Shown here in pieces: positions 1 to 9,145 of a stretch of DNA of 64,000 bases. This stretch comes from a bacterium (GTDB lineage Bacteria > Patescibacteriota > Saccharimonadia > Saccharimonadales > JAUPVS01): contig JAKOXV010000003.1 in the NCBI GenBank assembly GCA_029780855.1, positions 84,953-148,952 on the forward strand, given 5' to 3'. A model generated the notes under the pieces. It was not told the DNA's origin. It saw nothing but the letters and a program-made list of their open reading frames with translations, and made no database searches. Position numbers and translations under genes: made by a program. Each line of letters begins with the position of its first letter. Within the stretch, counting starts at the first letter, position 1.

Positions 1-356
1 GTAGCAGCCATGAGCTCTGCAGGGAAATCAGACACCACTACCATGGCGTCATAGGAATCAGACCGCATCATCTCCACCATATCCTGATACTCCTGCTTTT
101 CAATGCGGCGGCGGCGTAATTCAAAAGCTAAGCTACTGGGTAAACGCAGGGCCTCAACTATTGCATCGTCAAAAATCTCACCTAATGGCGATCCATCGCT
201 GCCGTATAGCTCACGGCCATCAAAACGGTACTCAAACGGAGTCCGCATGCTGCCTTCAAGCATTTCGGCAAGCCAAGTGGTGGTGTCATCATACAGTCGT
301 CGCTCACGGTCATATTCAACCGTTTGTCTGGACACCTCTACGTCTATTGTTTCCAT
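1..356 (-). CDS. hypothetical protein, N-terminal part only (gene runs off the left edge)
   Basis: Minus-strand frame is open from the ATG at 356-354 to the window edge (METIDVEVSRQTVEYDRERRLYDD...). A GAGGG Shine-Dalgarno lies ~9 nt upstream. It is absent from the ORF track because no stop falls in the window. The plus-strand ORFs at 103-521 look like Arg/Ser-rich shadows of it. Confidence 0.45.
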   Translation of the reverse strand, partial: METIDVEVSRQTVEYDRERRLYDDTTTWLAEMLEGSMRTPFEYRFDGRELYGSDGSPLGEIFDDAIVEALRLPSSLAFELRRRRIEKQEYQDMVEMMRSDSYDAMVVVSDFPAELMAA

Positions 357-391
357 GAAAAAACGCCCTCGCTTCAGAATGAGCAGGGGCG
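357..391 (-). promoter_or_regulatory. leader hairpin plus U-tract covering the ribosome-binding site of the gene starting at 356
   Basis: On the minus strand, cgcccctgct-cattctga-agcgagggcg forms a ~10-bp stem (one mismatch, one G-U). It is followed by TTTTTT-C-ATG, and the GAGGG SD lies in the 3' arm of the stem. Confidence 0.3.
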
Positions 392-607
392 AAAAATACA
401 CTGTCGCTCCTGCTCGGGAGACTTGTTTAGTACTGTATCTGGCTTAGTCCTCTTGGGACATCACAGTTGCGGCACAGCTCCCGATTCTAACGGGATTCCA
501 GTATGTTTATTTGTAAAATGACTCTTGTCTATATAGTAGTATAGCACCGAGCGCAGACACTACATGTAGTATTTTTTGCCTACTTGCGCAGTACTAGGTT
601 TAGAAGT

Positions 608-1600
608 ATGCTCAATACTACTATGGAACTGAAGCGAACGATTCGCCACGAGATTGAAAGCCGGCAATACGAGGTCCTGGAAGAGCTACAGTTACTGGCC
701 CAACCACACGCCGATGCCTCGAACGGACTGTTCACGACGCTTGCTATCGACCCCGAACTGTACCCAGCACAATCACTCAGTAACTATAAAATAGATGGTT
801 CACCGCAAGCCCCCGAAGTCGTAAAGATGGTAGCAGAATCCGTAGAGCCACGCTTTGGATTTTTTCTCAGCGAACTCGATCGTCAGGAGTCAGCAGAAGG
901 TCACCTCACCGAAGTAGCCGATTCTCTTCGCCAAGGTCACAACATCGTTCTGGTAACCAATCATGGAGATTTAAAAGATATAGCGTATACATTAGCGGCC
1001 TACTATATCAAGCTGAAGGAATTTGGCGTTGAAGCCTTCCACACCAGTTTGGTAATGAGCAAGATCATAAGTTTTCTTGGCCTAGAGGGCGAGACGCCAA
1101 CACCTGCCGCCGATGTTCTGAAGGTACTTTGTGATGAGCAGTACTTTACTTTTCCTCGCACCAGGAGTATTGCAGAATCAAATGTCGCCAAAGAAGTAGT
1201 AGACTACTACAATTACCGCGCGAAAGTCGCCATGGGCTGGCAACTCCGCAGAGGTAAGACACTCTTTGCTATGGCTGCCAGTGGCACGACCGATAAACCG
1301 CTCGCTGATTATGAGAATATTACGTTTATGTCTGGTGTCGGCAGCGGGACGGCAAAACTTATGGAAGGCAAGAAGAGCTTAGTGGTGCCGGTGGCTATCT
1401 GGACCGAAGGTGAACAAATGGTATTTGAGCCGCATGGACCGAGGGAGGTGTCGGGCAAAGAAGAGGCACACAAAACAATGCGCCTAATCGCTCACACGCT
1501 TAATGAGCGCGTGGACGATCGGATTTTTGTCTACCAGTACCCTGATTTTGCTTCTAACGTTGGAAAAGTTGCTGTCGAAAACGGGGCGCTTAAACTTTAG
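608..1600 (+). CDS. putative acyltransferase-like protein with divergent PlsC/LPLAT-type motifs
   Basis: ORF 584-1600; I prefer the ATG at 608. NHGDLKD fits the HX4D acyltransferase motif. FPRTRS resembles FPEGTRS, and VVPVAI resembles the PlsC block IV motif. Otherwise the protein is unrecognisable. Confidence 0.4.
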   Translation: MLNTTMELKRTIRHEIESRQYEVLEELQLLAQPHADASNGLFTTLAIDPELYPAQSLSNYKIDGSPQAPEVVKMVAESVEPRFGFFLSELDRQESAEGHLTEVADSLRQGHNIVLVTNHGDLKDIAYTLAAYYIKLKEFGVEAFHTSLVMSKIISFLGLEGETPTPAADVLKVLCDEQYFTFPRTRSIAESNVAKEVVDYYNYRAKVAMGWQLRRGKTLFAMAASGTTDKPLADYENITFMSGVGSGTAKLMEGKKSLVVPVAIWTEGEQMVFEPHGPREVSGKEEAHKTMRLIAHTLNERVDDRIFVYQYPDFASNVGKVAVENGALKL

Positions 1601-2393
1601 CAAGCACCAGAATAATCACTAGTACGGCTACGATCATGCGGTAGTAGGCAAAAGCCGCCAGCGTATGTTTGCTCAAGTAATTCAGTAGGAACTTAATTGC
1701 AAAAAGCCCGCTCAACAACGCGGTGATAATACCCACAATAAAAACTGTTTTTTCAGACTGGAACTGACTAAACGTTGCTGGTTCAGTAAATACTTTCAGT
1801 ATGGCGCCGCCGATGATTGGTATCCCTAGCAAGAAAGAAAAGCGTGTCGCAGCAACTCGATCCATGCCAGAAAATATTCCCGCTGTAATGGTACTCCCGG
1901 AACGTGATACACCAGGTACAACCGCAGCCGCCTGACTAAAACCAATGATCAACGCCTGCTTGGTAGAGGTGTTATCTAGCTGCGTAGGCCGCTTAACCCG
2001 CTCGTGGTAGTACTTTTCTGCCGCTAGCATTATGAGTGCTACGACAAAAAGATTAATCGCCACCAGAATCGGTGATCGGAAGGCGGATTCTGCTGGTTTT
2101 TCTAGCAATACCCCAATGAAGACCGCAGGAATCGTTGCGAGCACCAACAACCAAGCGAGCTTTGTTTCCTTTTGCTTGGTAAATATGGCTTTTATAAGTA
2201 CCCAGATGTCCTTATAAAAATACACGAGCAGCGCAATTAAGGTACCTAGGTGGAGGGCTACATCAAAACTCAGGCCAACCTGCGTGATATTCATAAAGTG
2301 ATGGGCAAGCACGAGATGCCCTGAACTAGAGACGGGAATAAACTCTGTAAGGCCCTGGATCAGACCAAGGATTATCGCTTGAAGGATGGTCAT
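1590..2393 (-). CDS. uppP: undecaprenyl-diphosphate phosphatase
   Basis: 267-aa polytopic protein. The N-terminus LIQGLTEFIPVSSSGHL and the later PGVSRSGSTI are the two classic UppP/BacA motifs. Confidence 0.9.
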   Translation of the reverse strand: MTILQAIILGLIQGLTEFIPVSSSGHLVLAHHFMNITQVGLSFDVALHLGTLIALLVYFYKDIWVLIKAIFTKQKETKLAWLLVLATIPAVFIGVLLEKPAESAFRSPILVAINLFVVALIMLAAEKYYHERVKRPTQLDNTSTKQALIIGFSQAAAVVPGVSRSGSTITAGIFSGMDRVAATRFSFLLGIPIIGGAILKVFTEPATFSQFQSEKTVFIVGIITALLSGLFAIKFLLNYLSKHTLAAFAYYRMIVAVLVIILVLAKV

Positions 2394-2860
2394 ATGGTTT
2401 TAGTATACCGCTTTTTTAATGAGGATAGCCTGGGAATAAAACTTTGTGCCGCACCATCCAGACCCAACACCTTGAGGGAGCCCACCAATACATACAGCTG
2501 ATCAAGTTCAGTCCCCTTTAGCTCCCCGCCTTGCTCTGCTTGCTTGAAGTAGTGGTCAACCTTTTCTACCAGCCACTTTTCTTCCCCCGCTTTTATTTCA
2601 TTAGAGCTTAATGATGCCGGCTTTTCGGTTGCAACTACTTCTAAGGATCGTGCAGCATGATCGCGTTTACGCAGATGACCGCGTTTAATTAGGTTATTTA
2701 TATGCAGGGATACGGTTGCAACGGATGTGTAGTTGAGACTTTTCATAACTTCACGGTAGCTTGGACTGTACCCGTGTTCAGCAATAAAAGCCTCGATGAA
2801 ACTCAGTAGTTCCTTTTGTTTCTTCGTAGGCCTAACCGTTTGTGTTTCTTGCTTATCCAT
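2390..2860 (-). CDS. LexA-type winged-helix DNA-binding protein without an S24 peptidase domain
   Basis: The N-terminus KKQKELLSFIEAFIAEHGYSPSYREVMKSLNYTSVATVSLHINNLIKRGHL matches the LexA DNA-binding domain pattern. The 156-aa protein has no Ser-Lys dyad or GDSM-type motif. There is a 4-nt overlap with uppP. Confidence 0.6.
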   Translation of the reverse strand: MDKQETQTVRPTKKQKELLSFIEAFIAEHGYSPSYREVMKSLNYTSVATVSLHINNLIKRGHLRKRDHAARSLEVVATEKPASLSSNEIKAGEEKWLVEKVDHYFKQAEQGGELKGTELDQLYVLVGSLKVLGLDGAAQSFIPRLSSLKKRYTKTI

Positions 2861-2868
2861 TTCAACCC

Positions 2869-3351
2869 TTAGTTATACGTTCCGTGGTGTGGCCGATGGG
2901 CTATGACCCGTGGCACCCGGCGATCAGTTTTCTTTTTCTTGGTGAATTTTTCTGGAAAAACCCAAAATCGGTACCAAATATAGTTCCATACCGTGAAGAA
3001 TCCTGAAGAAATAAACTGTCCGATATACGGGGTAACGCCAACACCCTTCAGGGCAGCCACTATCAAGTAATCGAGTACAAAGTCGAGAAGCGTAATGAAG
3101 ATGTATCGCCCGGTAACTTTTGTTTGGTTTTTAGCGAGTTCAGGATTTTTAAACACCCAGTATCGTTGCAGTAAATAGTTCACCGTCCAACCGGTAATAT
3201 TTGCGATTAGCTTGGCCCACCACAGACTTAATCCTAAGCCCTTATCACAGGCAAAGAATACTAGGTAGCCGGTCCAAAAATAGGCCCCACCACTAATAAA
3301 GTATTCAACAATCCTGGTTAGTTCACGTTTTTTGTTTAATTTTGCTGGCAT
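2869..3351 (-). CDS. GtrA-family small membrane protein
   Basis: 160 aa with 4 predicted TM helices. It shows the GtrA-like pattern (FxxxGxxxxxxxYxxF ... NYLLQRYWVF). Confidence 0.75.
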   Translation of the reverse strand: MPAKLNKKRELTRIVEYFISGGAYFWTGYLVFFACDKGLGLSLWWAKLIANITGWTVNYLLQRYWVFKNPELAKNQTKVTGRYIFITLLDFVLDYLIVAALKGVGVTPYIGQFISSGFFTVWNYIWYRFWVFPEKFTKKKKTDRRVPRVIAHRPHHGTYN

Positions 3352-4675
3352 TGGTTTTACTTCTTACGTTTAGTATAGCAGGTACAGACATGGCAATACC
3401 GGCAAAGCCCCACCATACCAACCCAAGCGTATCATCGGCCCAGGCGTGTGAAATTAGATTTACCAATGAAATACCCACAAAGCTAGCCATCAGTATCGTT
3501 GGTAATGCCCGATGGCGCCGGAACCACAAGCCTTGGAACAGAAATAGATTAATAAGAATGAATAGCACTACCCCCAATAAACCGATCTCTTGCGCTATTT
3601 GAACGTAGTAATTTTCTGCAATACGCGCCGGGGATTTGGTATTCCGGAACGATTCAGGTCCGGCTGTACCAGGACCATTCCCCAGTGGGTTTCGTGAAAC
3701 ATCACGCAACCCATTCATAAGTGCACTGGCCCGCGCCGAATTGCTACTGACGCTGGCCTGAGAAGTTTCATCTGAATGAAAAAGGGTGTTCTGAACAAAG
3801 TCATTATTACGTAACTGCCAGGTCACTACCGCTGCGCAGAGCATGCTGACCGAAACGGCAGTCACCGCAATTAGTCGCCATTTTTTTGTGGGAATATAAA
3901 ACCATGCAAGCGTTGCTACTCCTGCAAGCAATCCAATCCACGCACTTCTTGAGTACGTAAAGAATAGGACCGTGCCGGAAACGACAAGGAGCACACCACC
4001 GATCACACGGTATCGTTTGGTAGCTGCCACGGCTGCAAGAATTGGCAGAATGAGGTATACACCCAACGGGTTAGCGCCGCGGAGGGTAGATTGGATTCGT
4101 CTATAAGCAAGTTTTTGGTCAACCGTTTCAATCGGCTTTATGGTATCCGGTCCGTATCCAAAATGTCGCAAGAAATCAGCTGGCAGCACCAGCCTTTGCA
4201 GCAACCCGAACCCCACTACTATAGCGGCAGGTATTAGTAGCAGGTGCGCCCAAACTTCCAAAAACCAGGAATCATGCACCGCGATAACCCAAACCGTTAC
4301 AAAAAACCACAGGTATTGCAAGTTAATCACCCAGGCGTACAGCACCGCACTCGGACTAACGCTGTGAGTAACCAGCGAAACAATTCCGTAGCCCACAAAT
4401 AGAACCGCATAGAGCATAATCAATCGCACCAGCCACGTATCAAAAAACCGGCGAGCAAACGACTTATTTTTAATTAGCAAGGTGATTGCATAAACTCCTA
4501 AGCCCAGAATAATGAAGTCCTTGACCACCCTGAATACATCGAGGTGACCGAAATTGCTGCCTGCCCATGTGGTCAATAGAGCATGAAACGGCATCAACAC
4601 TAGCACAATAGTGGTTATCCATCGCACAACAAGCTGTAATGATAAAGATGTGTTTACTGAGGTTTGTTGTTTCAT
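3323..4675 (-). CDS. O-antigen ligase/polymerase-family (Wzy_C-type) polytopic membrane protein
   Basis: 450 aa with ~10-12 TM helices. It has a TYSRSAWIGLLAG motif and a large loop before the last helices, typical of the WaaL/Wzy family. Confidence 0.7.
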   Translation of the reverse strand: MKQQTSVNTSLSLQLVVRWITTIVLVLMPFHALLTTWAGSNFGHLDVFRVVKDFIILGLGVYAITLLIKNKSFARRFFDTWLVRLIMLYAVLFVGYGIVSLVTHSVSPSAVLYAWVINLQYLWFFVTVWVIAVHDSWFLEVWAHLLLIPAAIVVGFGLLQRLVLPADFLRHFGYGPDTIKPIETVDQKLAYRRIQSTLRGANPLGVYLILPILAAVAATKRYRVIGGVLLVVSGTVLFFTYSRSAWIGLLAGVATLAWFYIPTKKWRLIAVTAVSVSMLCAAVVTWQLRNNDFVQNTLFHSDETSQASVSSNSARASALMNGLRDVSRNPLGNGPGTAGPESFRNTKSPARIAENYYVQIAQEIGLLGVVLFILINLFLFQGLWFRRHRALPTILMASFVGISLVNLISHAWADDTLGLVWWGFAGIAMSVPAILNVRSKTNASKIKQKT

Positions 4676-4752
4676 AAATGTTACAATCTAGTATATAGCT
4701 AATGGACCGACTGTGCACCTTTCGTGCACAGTGCCTAAGCAAATAATCGCAT

Positions 4753-6198
4753 ATGAAAAACAACGCATCATTCGTCTATAGTTTCTTCTTGGTTATAGCT
4801 GATATCGTATCTCTAGTTGCGGCCTTCGCCGTAGCCTATCTGCTCCGCGGAGCCCTCGATGCCCGCCCCGTTGCCCATCCCGTCCCTGCCGCTACCTACC
4901 TAGGTTTGTTGCTTGGGTTAATCCCGTTTTGGCTACTCATATTTGGTCTGCTCGGCCTCTACAACAGCAATATTTATGAAAAACGTTTCCAAGAAATTGG
5001 CCGGCTCTTTATTGGATCATTCGTCGGACTACTCTTTGTAATTGCCATTGAGTACGCCACCATCCAAACCATTTTCCCTTCCAAGCTGGTTCCGTTTTAC
5101 GGCTTTTTACTGGCGTTTGGCTTTTTGGTCCTGCTGCGTAACCTTGCGCGAGCGATCAGGGTAATACTGTTTGGTTTTAATGTCGGAATAAGCCACATAC
5201 TGGTGGTTGGAGATACAAAAATCACCGAAGAACTTGTGGGAACCCTTAAAGACAGCAGGACTTCCGGATATAAAATTATTGGCATTGTTACTCAAAAAGC
5301 CTCAGCCAGTAAACGCTACCCAGGTATGGCAATCTTTTCTGACTTTGATACCGCCGCGAAGCATCTTAAACCGGAAGCAATTCACGGTATCATCCAGACC
5401 GGCCTGTATACCGATGCCGATAAAAACAACCAGATACTTAACTACGCTCAGGAGCATCATGTATCCTTCCGGTTTATCCCCGGTAATACCGAACTGTTCG
5501 TGGGCAACCTAGAAGTCGAGCTGTTTCGTCAGTCGGTTCCGGTTATTGCAGTACATCAAACACCCCTTATTGGCTGGGGACGTATACTGAAGCGCATATT
5601 CGATATGCTGGTGGTACTGCCGCTCATACTTATTGCGTTGCCGTTCATGCTTCTAGTAACTATAGGCGAAGTACTATTCAATGGCCGTGGGGGAATCTTC
5701 TTCCGTCAGGTGCGTCTGACACGTTTCAACCATGAATTTAAAGTATTCAAGTTCCGCACCATCAAGGGTACGTACAACGGGCTCACCCCAGAAGAAGCGT
5801 TTCAAAAAATGGGCAAACCAGAACTCGCCAAGCGCTACCGGGCAAATGGAGATTACCTACCTAAAGATCCTCGGTTCGGCTGGTATGGTCGGATTTTACG
5901 CGCCACGTCGCTTGATGAACTACCCCAGCTATTTAACGTGTTGCGGGGTGATTTAAGCCTGGTAGGACCCCGCCCGCTCATACCGCAAGAACTCGCCATA
6001 TATGAAAAGCGCCACGCCATACTCAGTGTTAAATCCGGCCTTACTGGCCTAGCGCAAGTTTCAGGACGACGAAATATTGGGTTTGACGAACGCCGAAAAC
6101 TCGATATGTACTACGTACAAAACTGGACGTTTTGGATGGATATTATCATTCTACTCAAAACGGTACGCGTCATCCTTACAGGTGAAGGAGCCAAATGA
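4753..6198 (+). CDS. initiating polyprenyl-phosphate sugar-1-phosphate transferase (WbaP/CpsE-type bacterial sugar transferase)
   Basis: N-terminal TM bundle plus the C-terminal motifs KFRTI, DELPQLFNVLRGDLSLVGPRP and YYVQNWTFWMD. Confidence 0.88.
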   Translation: MKNNASFVYSFFLVIADIVSLVAAFAVAYLLRGALDARPVAHPVPAATYLGLLLGLIPFWLLIFGLLGLYNSNIYEKRFQEIGRLFIGSFVGLLFVIAIEYATIQTIFPSKLVPFYGFLLAFGFLVLLRNLARAIRVILFGFNVGISHILVVGDTKITEELVGTLKDSRTSGYKIIGIVTQKASASKRYPGMAIFSDFDTAAKHLKPEAIHGIIQTGLYTDADKNNQILNYAQEHHVSFRFIPGNTELFVGNLEVELFRQSVPVIAVHQTPLIGWGRILKRIFDMLVVLPLILIALPFMLLVTIGEVLFNGRGGIFFRQVRLTRFNHEFKVFKFRTIKGTYNGLTPEEAFQKMGKPELAKRYRANGDYLPKDPRFGWYGRILRATSLDELPQLFNVLRGDLSLVGPRPLIPQELAIYEKRHAILSVKSGLTGLAQVSGRRNIGFDERRKLDMYYVQNWTFWMDIIILLKTVRVILTGEGAK

Positions 6199-7316
6199 AC
6201 CCAAGCAGCCAGACCAGTGCCGTGCAACACAAGAAAATTGCGATTGTACACGATTGGCTATATGGTGGCGGAGCCGAGCAAGTCGTTTTGGAACTACACC
6301 AGATGTTTCCAGATGCCCCAATTTATACCTCATACTGCACCCCAGAGTGGCGCAAAAAACTTGATAATAAAGTCATAACTGGCTATCTAAACCATTGGCC
6401 CTTTACTAAACTCCGGAAATTTTTACCCCTCTTGCGAATCTGGTGGTTTGAACACCTAGATTTGAGCGGTTTTGATCTCGTCATTAGCAGCTCAGGAAAC
6501 GGCGAAGCAAAAGGTATAAAAACACCGAAAAACACCACACACATTTGCTACTGCCACACGCCTACCCACTTTTACTGGCGACATTATAACCAATACCTCA
6601 AACACCCCGGCTTCGGTTTGTTAAATCCTGTTGTTCGTTTTGCACTCAAACTACTCGTAGGACCACTGCGAAGATGGGATTACAAGGCCGCTCAGCGCCC
6701 CGATTTTTTCATCGCTAACTCCACCCATATTCAAAACGATATACAAACGTTCTATGGTCGTGATGCGGTAGTTATCCATCCCCCCGTCGATGTGGAGCGG
6801 TTCGCCAAGGCAAAAACCACACAACGCACCGGCTTCGTAACAATGGGGAGGCAGGTACCCTATAAACACACCGATCTCATTATCAAAGCCTGTAATGAGC
6901 TGCGGTTGCCACTAAAAGTCATTGGTCGCGGCCCCGAACACGACAAGCTCGTAAAACTCGGCGGTCCAACGATTACGTTCCTAACAGACATAACAGACCA
7001 AGAAATGCCAGACCAACTTGCCAGTGCCGAAGCCTTCATTTTTGCAGCCTACGAAGACTTTGGAATCGCACCAATAGAAGCTATGGCCACCGGTACGCCC
7101 GTTATCGCGTACAAAGCCGGCGGCGCCCTCGACTACGTACTAGAGGGCCAAACCGGAATATTCTTTGATTCTCAAAACACCGAATCGCTAGTTTCAGCTC
7201 TTAGAGGCTATTCTTCGCGCAAATTTACCACAGGCAATATTCGTACTATGGCGACGAAATATTCATCGAAAGAGTTCCGCGATTCATTCGAGTCATATAT
7301 CTCAAGTAGGATCTAA
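6195..7316 (+). CDS. glycosyltransferase, GT-B fold (GT4-like)
   Basis: C-terminal EDFGIAPIEAMATGTPVIA (EX7E-type motif). ATGA overlap with the upstream gene. Confidence 0.8.
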   Translation: MNPSSQTSAVQHKKIAIVHDWLYGGGAEQVVLELHQMFPDAPIYTSYCTPEWRKKLDNKVITGYLNHWPFTKLRKFLPLLRIWWFEHLDLSGFDLVISSSGNGEAKGIKTPKNTTHICYCHTPTHFYWRHYNQYLKHPGFGLLNPVVRFALKLLVGPLRRWDYKAAQRPDFFIANSTHIQNDIQTFYGRDAVVIHPPVDVERFAKAKTTQRTGFVTMGRQVPYKHTDLIIKACNELRLPLKVIGRGPEHDKLVKLGGPTITFLTDITDQEMPDQLASAEAFIFAAYEDFGIAPIEAMATGTPVIAYKAGGALDYVLEGQTGIFFDSQNTESLVSALRGYSSRKFTTGNIRTMATKYSSKEFRDSFESYISSRI

Positions 7317-8086
7317 ATAACATGTAGAATGGACTCAAGCGCCAGTGCGGTATCTTGCCAACGAGATACCTCTAAGCTATCAATTCCCATTGCTTTGACC
7401 GGGTAATCATTGCCTCCCTCTACTAGGCGGTCACCAAAGAACAGGATATCCTCTTTGCTTATTTCGAGCATACTAATCAATTTTTCCATTCCATATGCCT
7501 TATCAATTCCTGGTTTTGTGATGTCAATCGAAGTAGATCCACCGCTACGCACTTCGAATTCAGGAATTAACTCAGCAACGTAATCCCGAAGTTTCTTCTT
7601 TTTACTTCCATCTGGGTCCCATTTTTCTTTTTTCTCTACCCCTTCTAAGCCCAATTCATCAACTATATCCTGACCTAACGCAGAGAAAGTTATCTGGCTA
7701 CCCCTATCTTCTATTGTTTCTCCGTACACTTTCGCTTCTTTGTAGCCCAGCTTTACTACACCCGTTTCTAGAGCATCAATTATCTTCTTTTTTTCTGATT
7801 CGGTGAAGTCTTCGGCATACACTTGCTTCCACTTTTTACTAAGTAAATCAAAAATGTAATACTGCGTGCCGCACGTTGGCATAATATGCAGTTTTTCGAG
7901 TTTAGAAGGCTCAACATGAAGATTGGCTAATAGTTGTTTTTCAAATTGCCCAAACTTTCCACCAGAGATTACGCAGACCTGAAAACTGTCTAGTAGTTTG
8001 TCGAGAATTTCAGCCATCCGGTCTTCCAAGGGAGACTTGCTAGCAGCAAGCGTTCCATCCAAATCAAAAGCAATAACCTTCTTCAC
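7313..8086 (-). CDS. HAD-IIB hydrolase, phosphomannomutase-like
   Basis: The N-terminus FDLDGTLA is HAD motif I. It also has ISGG and a C-terminal GDRLVEGGNDY. It sits directly downstream of a ManC-like gene. Confidence 0.55.
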   Translation of the reverse strand: MKKVIAFDLDGTLAASKSPLEDRMAEILDKLLDSFQVCVISGGKFGQFEKQLLANLHVEPSKLEKLHIMPTCGTQYYIFDLLSKKWKQVYAEDFTESEKKKIIDALETGVVKLGYKEAKVYGETIEDRGSQITFSALGQDIVDELGLEGVEKKEKWDPDGSKKKKLRDYVAELIPEFEVRSGGSTSIDITKPGIDKAYGMEKLISMLEISKEDILFFGDRLVEGGNDYPVKAMGIDSLEVSRWQDTALALESILHVI

Positions 8087-8096
8087 AACAACCCTC

Positions 8097-9140
8097 CTAT
8101 TTTTTACCGTTGATACGCTTACTTACTTCCCCTACTTTTTGTGCTAGGTCTTTGCGAGCAACTAATATTCCGTGCTTGGTATTAATAACCACAACGTTAT
8201 CCAGGCCTATAACGGCAAGTGGAACGTCCGTATAGCTTTGCACGAACGAGTTTTGTACATCTTCTAGTTTAATATCGTCCCCGTGTGTATGGTTTCCTTT
8301 CGTGTCGCTCTCTACAGCTTTATGTATATCACCAAAAGATCCCAGGTCCATCCAATCAAAGGATGCGGGCACTACCAGTAGGTCGTCAACATGCTCAATC
8401 AGAGCATAGTCTATCGTGTCATTCTCAAAGCCCAGATATGTTTCTTTGTACTCTTTTTCATTCTTCGTAGCAACAAGTTTTTCATAGCTGGCATACATCT
8501 TTGGAGCATGCTTTCTCATGTTGTCTTTGAACGTGTTTACCGAGCCCACAAAATAGCCGCAGTTCCAAAGATAATTACCGCTCTTAATATATTTTTTGGC
8601 TGTATCGAAGTCGGGCTTTTCCTTGAATGAATGAACATTATATACAAACAATTCTTCGTCATACAGACCGTCTTTCTGTATATACCCAAAGCCAGTTGCC
8701 GGGTAGTCTGGCTCTACACCCACAAGCACAATCCGTTTTTCCTTTTTAGAAACCTTTTCTGCTACTTTGAAGCTGTGTGTGAAGCCGGCGATATCACGGA
8801 TGTAGTGGTCTGCAGAAAGAAAGGCAATGGGTTCATCTGGATCTTCCCTCTTGGAAACATGTTCAAGGGCCGCTACAATGCAGCTCGCTGTGCCGCGGCG
8901 AGCGGGTTCGATAATAAACGCTTCATCGTTGAGTTCTGGGAGCTGTTCCTTTACATGATGGGCGTGGCTAATTTCAGGCAATACATACACGGCTGAGCTA
9001 ATCTTTTTTGCTCGTTCGTAAGTATTTTGTAGTAAGGATTTGTCCTGTCCGTTTATGACGAGTAGGTGTTTAGGGTAATCAGGCGTAGAGAGAGGCCACA
9101 GTCTTGTTCCCGACCCCCCAGCAATAATAACCGTAATCAT
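8097..9140 (-). CDS. mannose-1-phosphate guanylyltransferase-like sugar nucleotidyltransferase
   Basis: The N-terminus IIAGGSGTRLWPLS is the ManC/nucleotidyltransferase signature. No C-terminal isomerase/cupin domain is present. Confidence 0.75.
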   Translation of the reverse strand: MITVIIAGGSGTRLWPLSTPDYPKHLLVINGQDKSLLQNTYERAKKISSAVYVLPEISHAHHVKEQLPELNDEAFIIEPARRGTASCIVAALEHVSKREDPDEPIAFLSADHYIRDIAGFTHSFKVAEKVSKKEKRIVLVGVEPDYPATGFGYIQKDGLYDEELFVYNVHSFKEKPDFDTAKKYIKSGNYLWNCGYFVGSVNTFKDNMRKHAPKMYASYEKLVATKNEKEYKETYLGFENDTIDYALIEHVDDLLVVPASFDWMDLGSFGDIHKAVESDTKGNHTHGDDIKLEDVQNSFVQSYTDVPLAVIGLDNVVVINTKHGILVARKDLAQKVGEVSKRINGKK

Positions 9141-9145
9141 TGCTT

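Noticed and set aside
103-521. Three overlapping plus-strand ORFs (114, 65 and 65 aa) at the left edge
   Set aside because: Their composition is Arg/Ser-rich and junk-like. They lie antisense to a much more protein-like minus-strand frame that is open to the window edge, and they run into the structured leader, so they are probably shadow ORFs.
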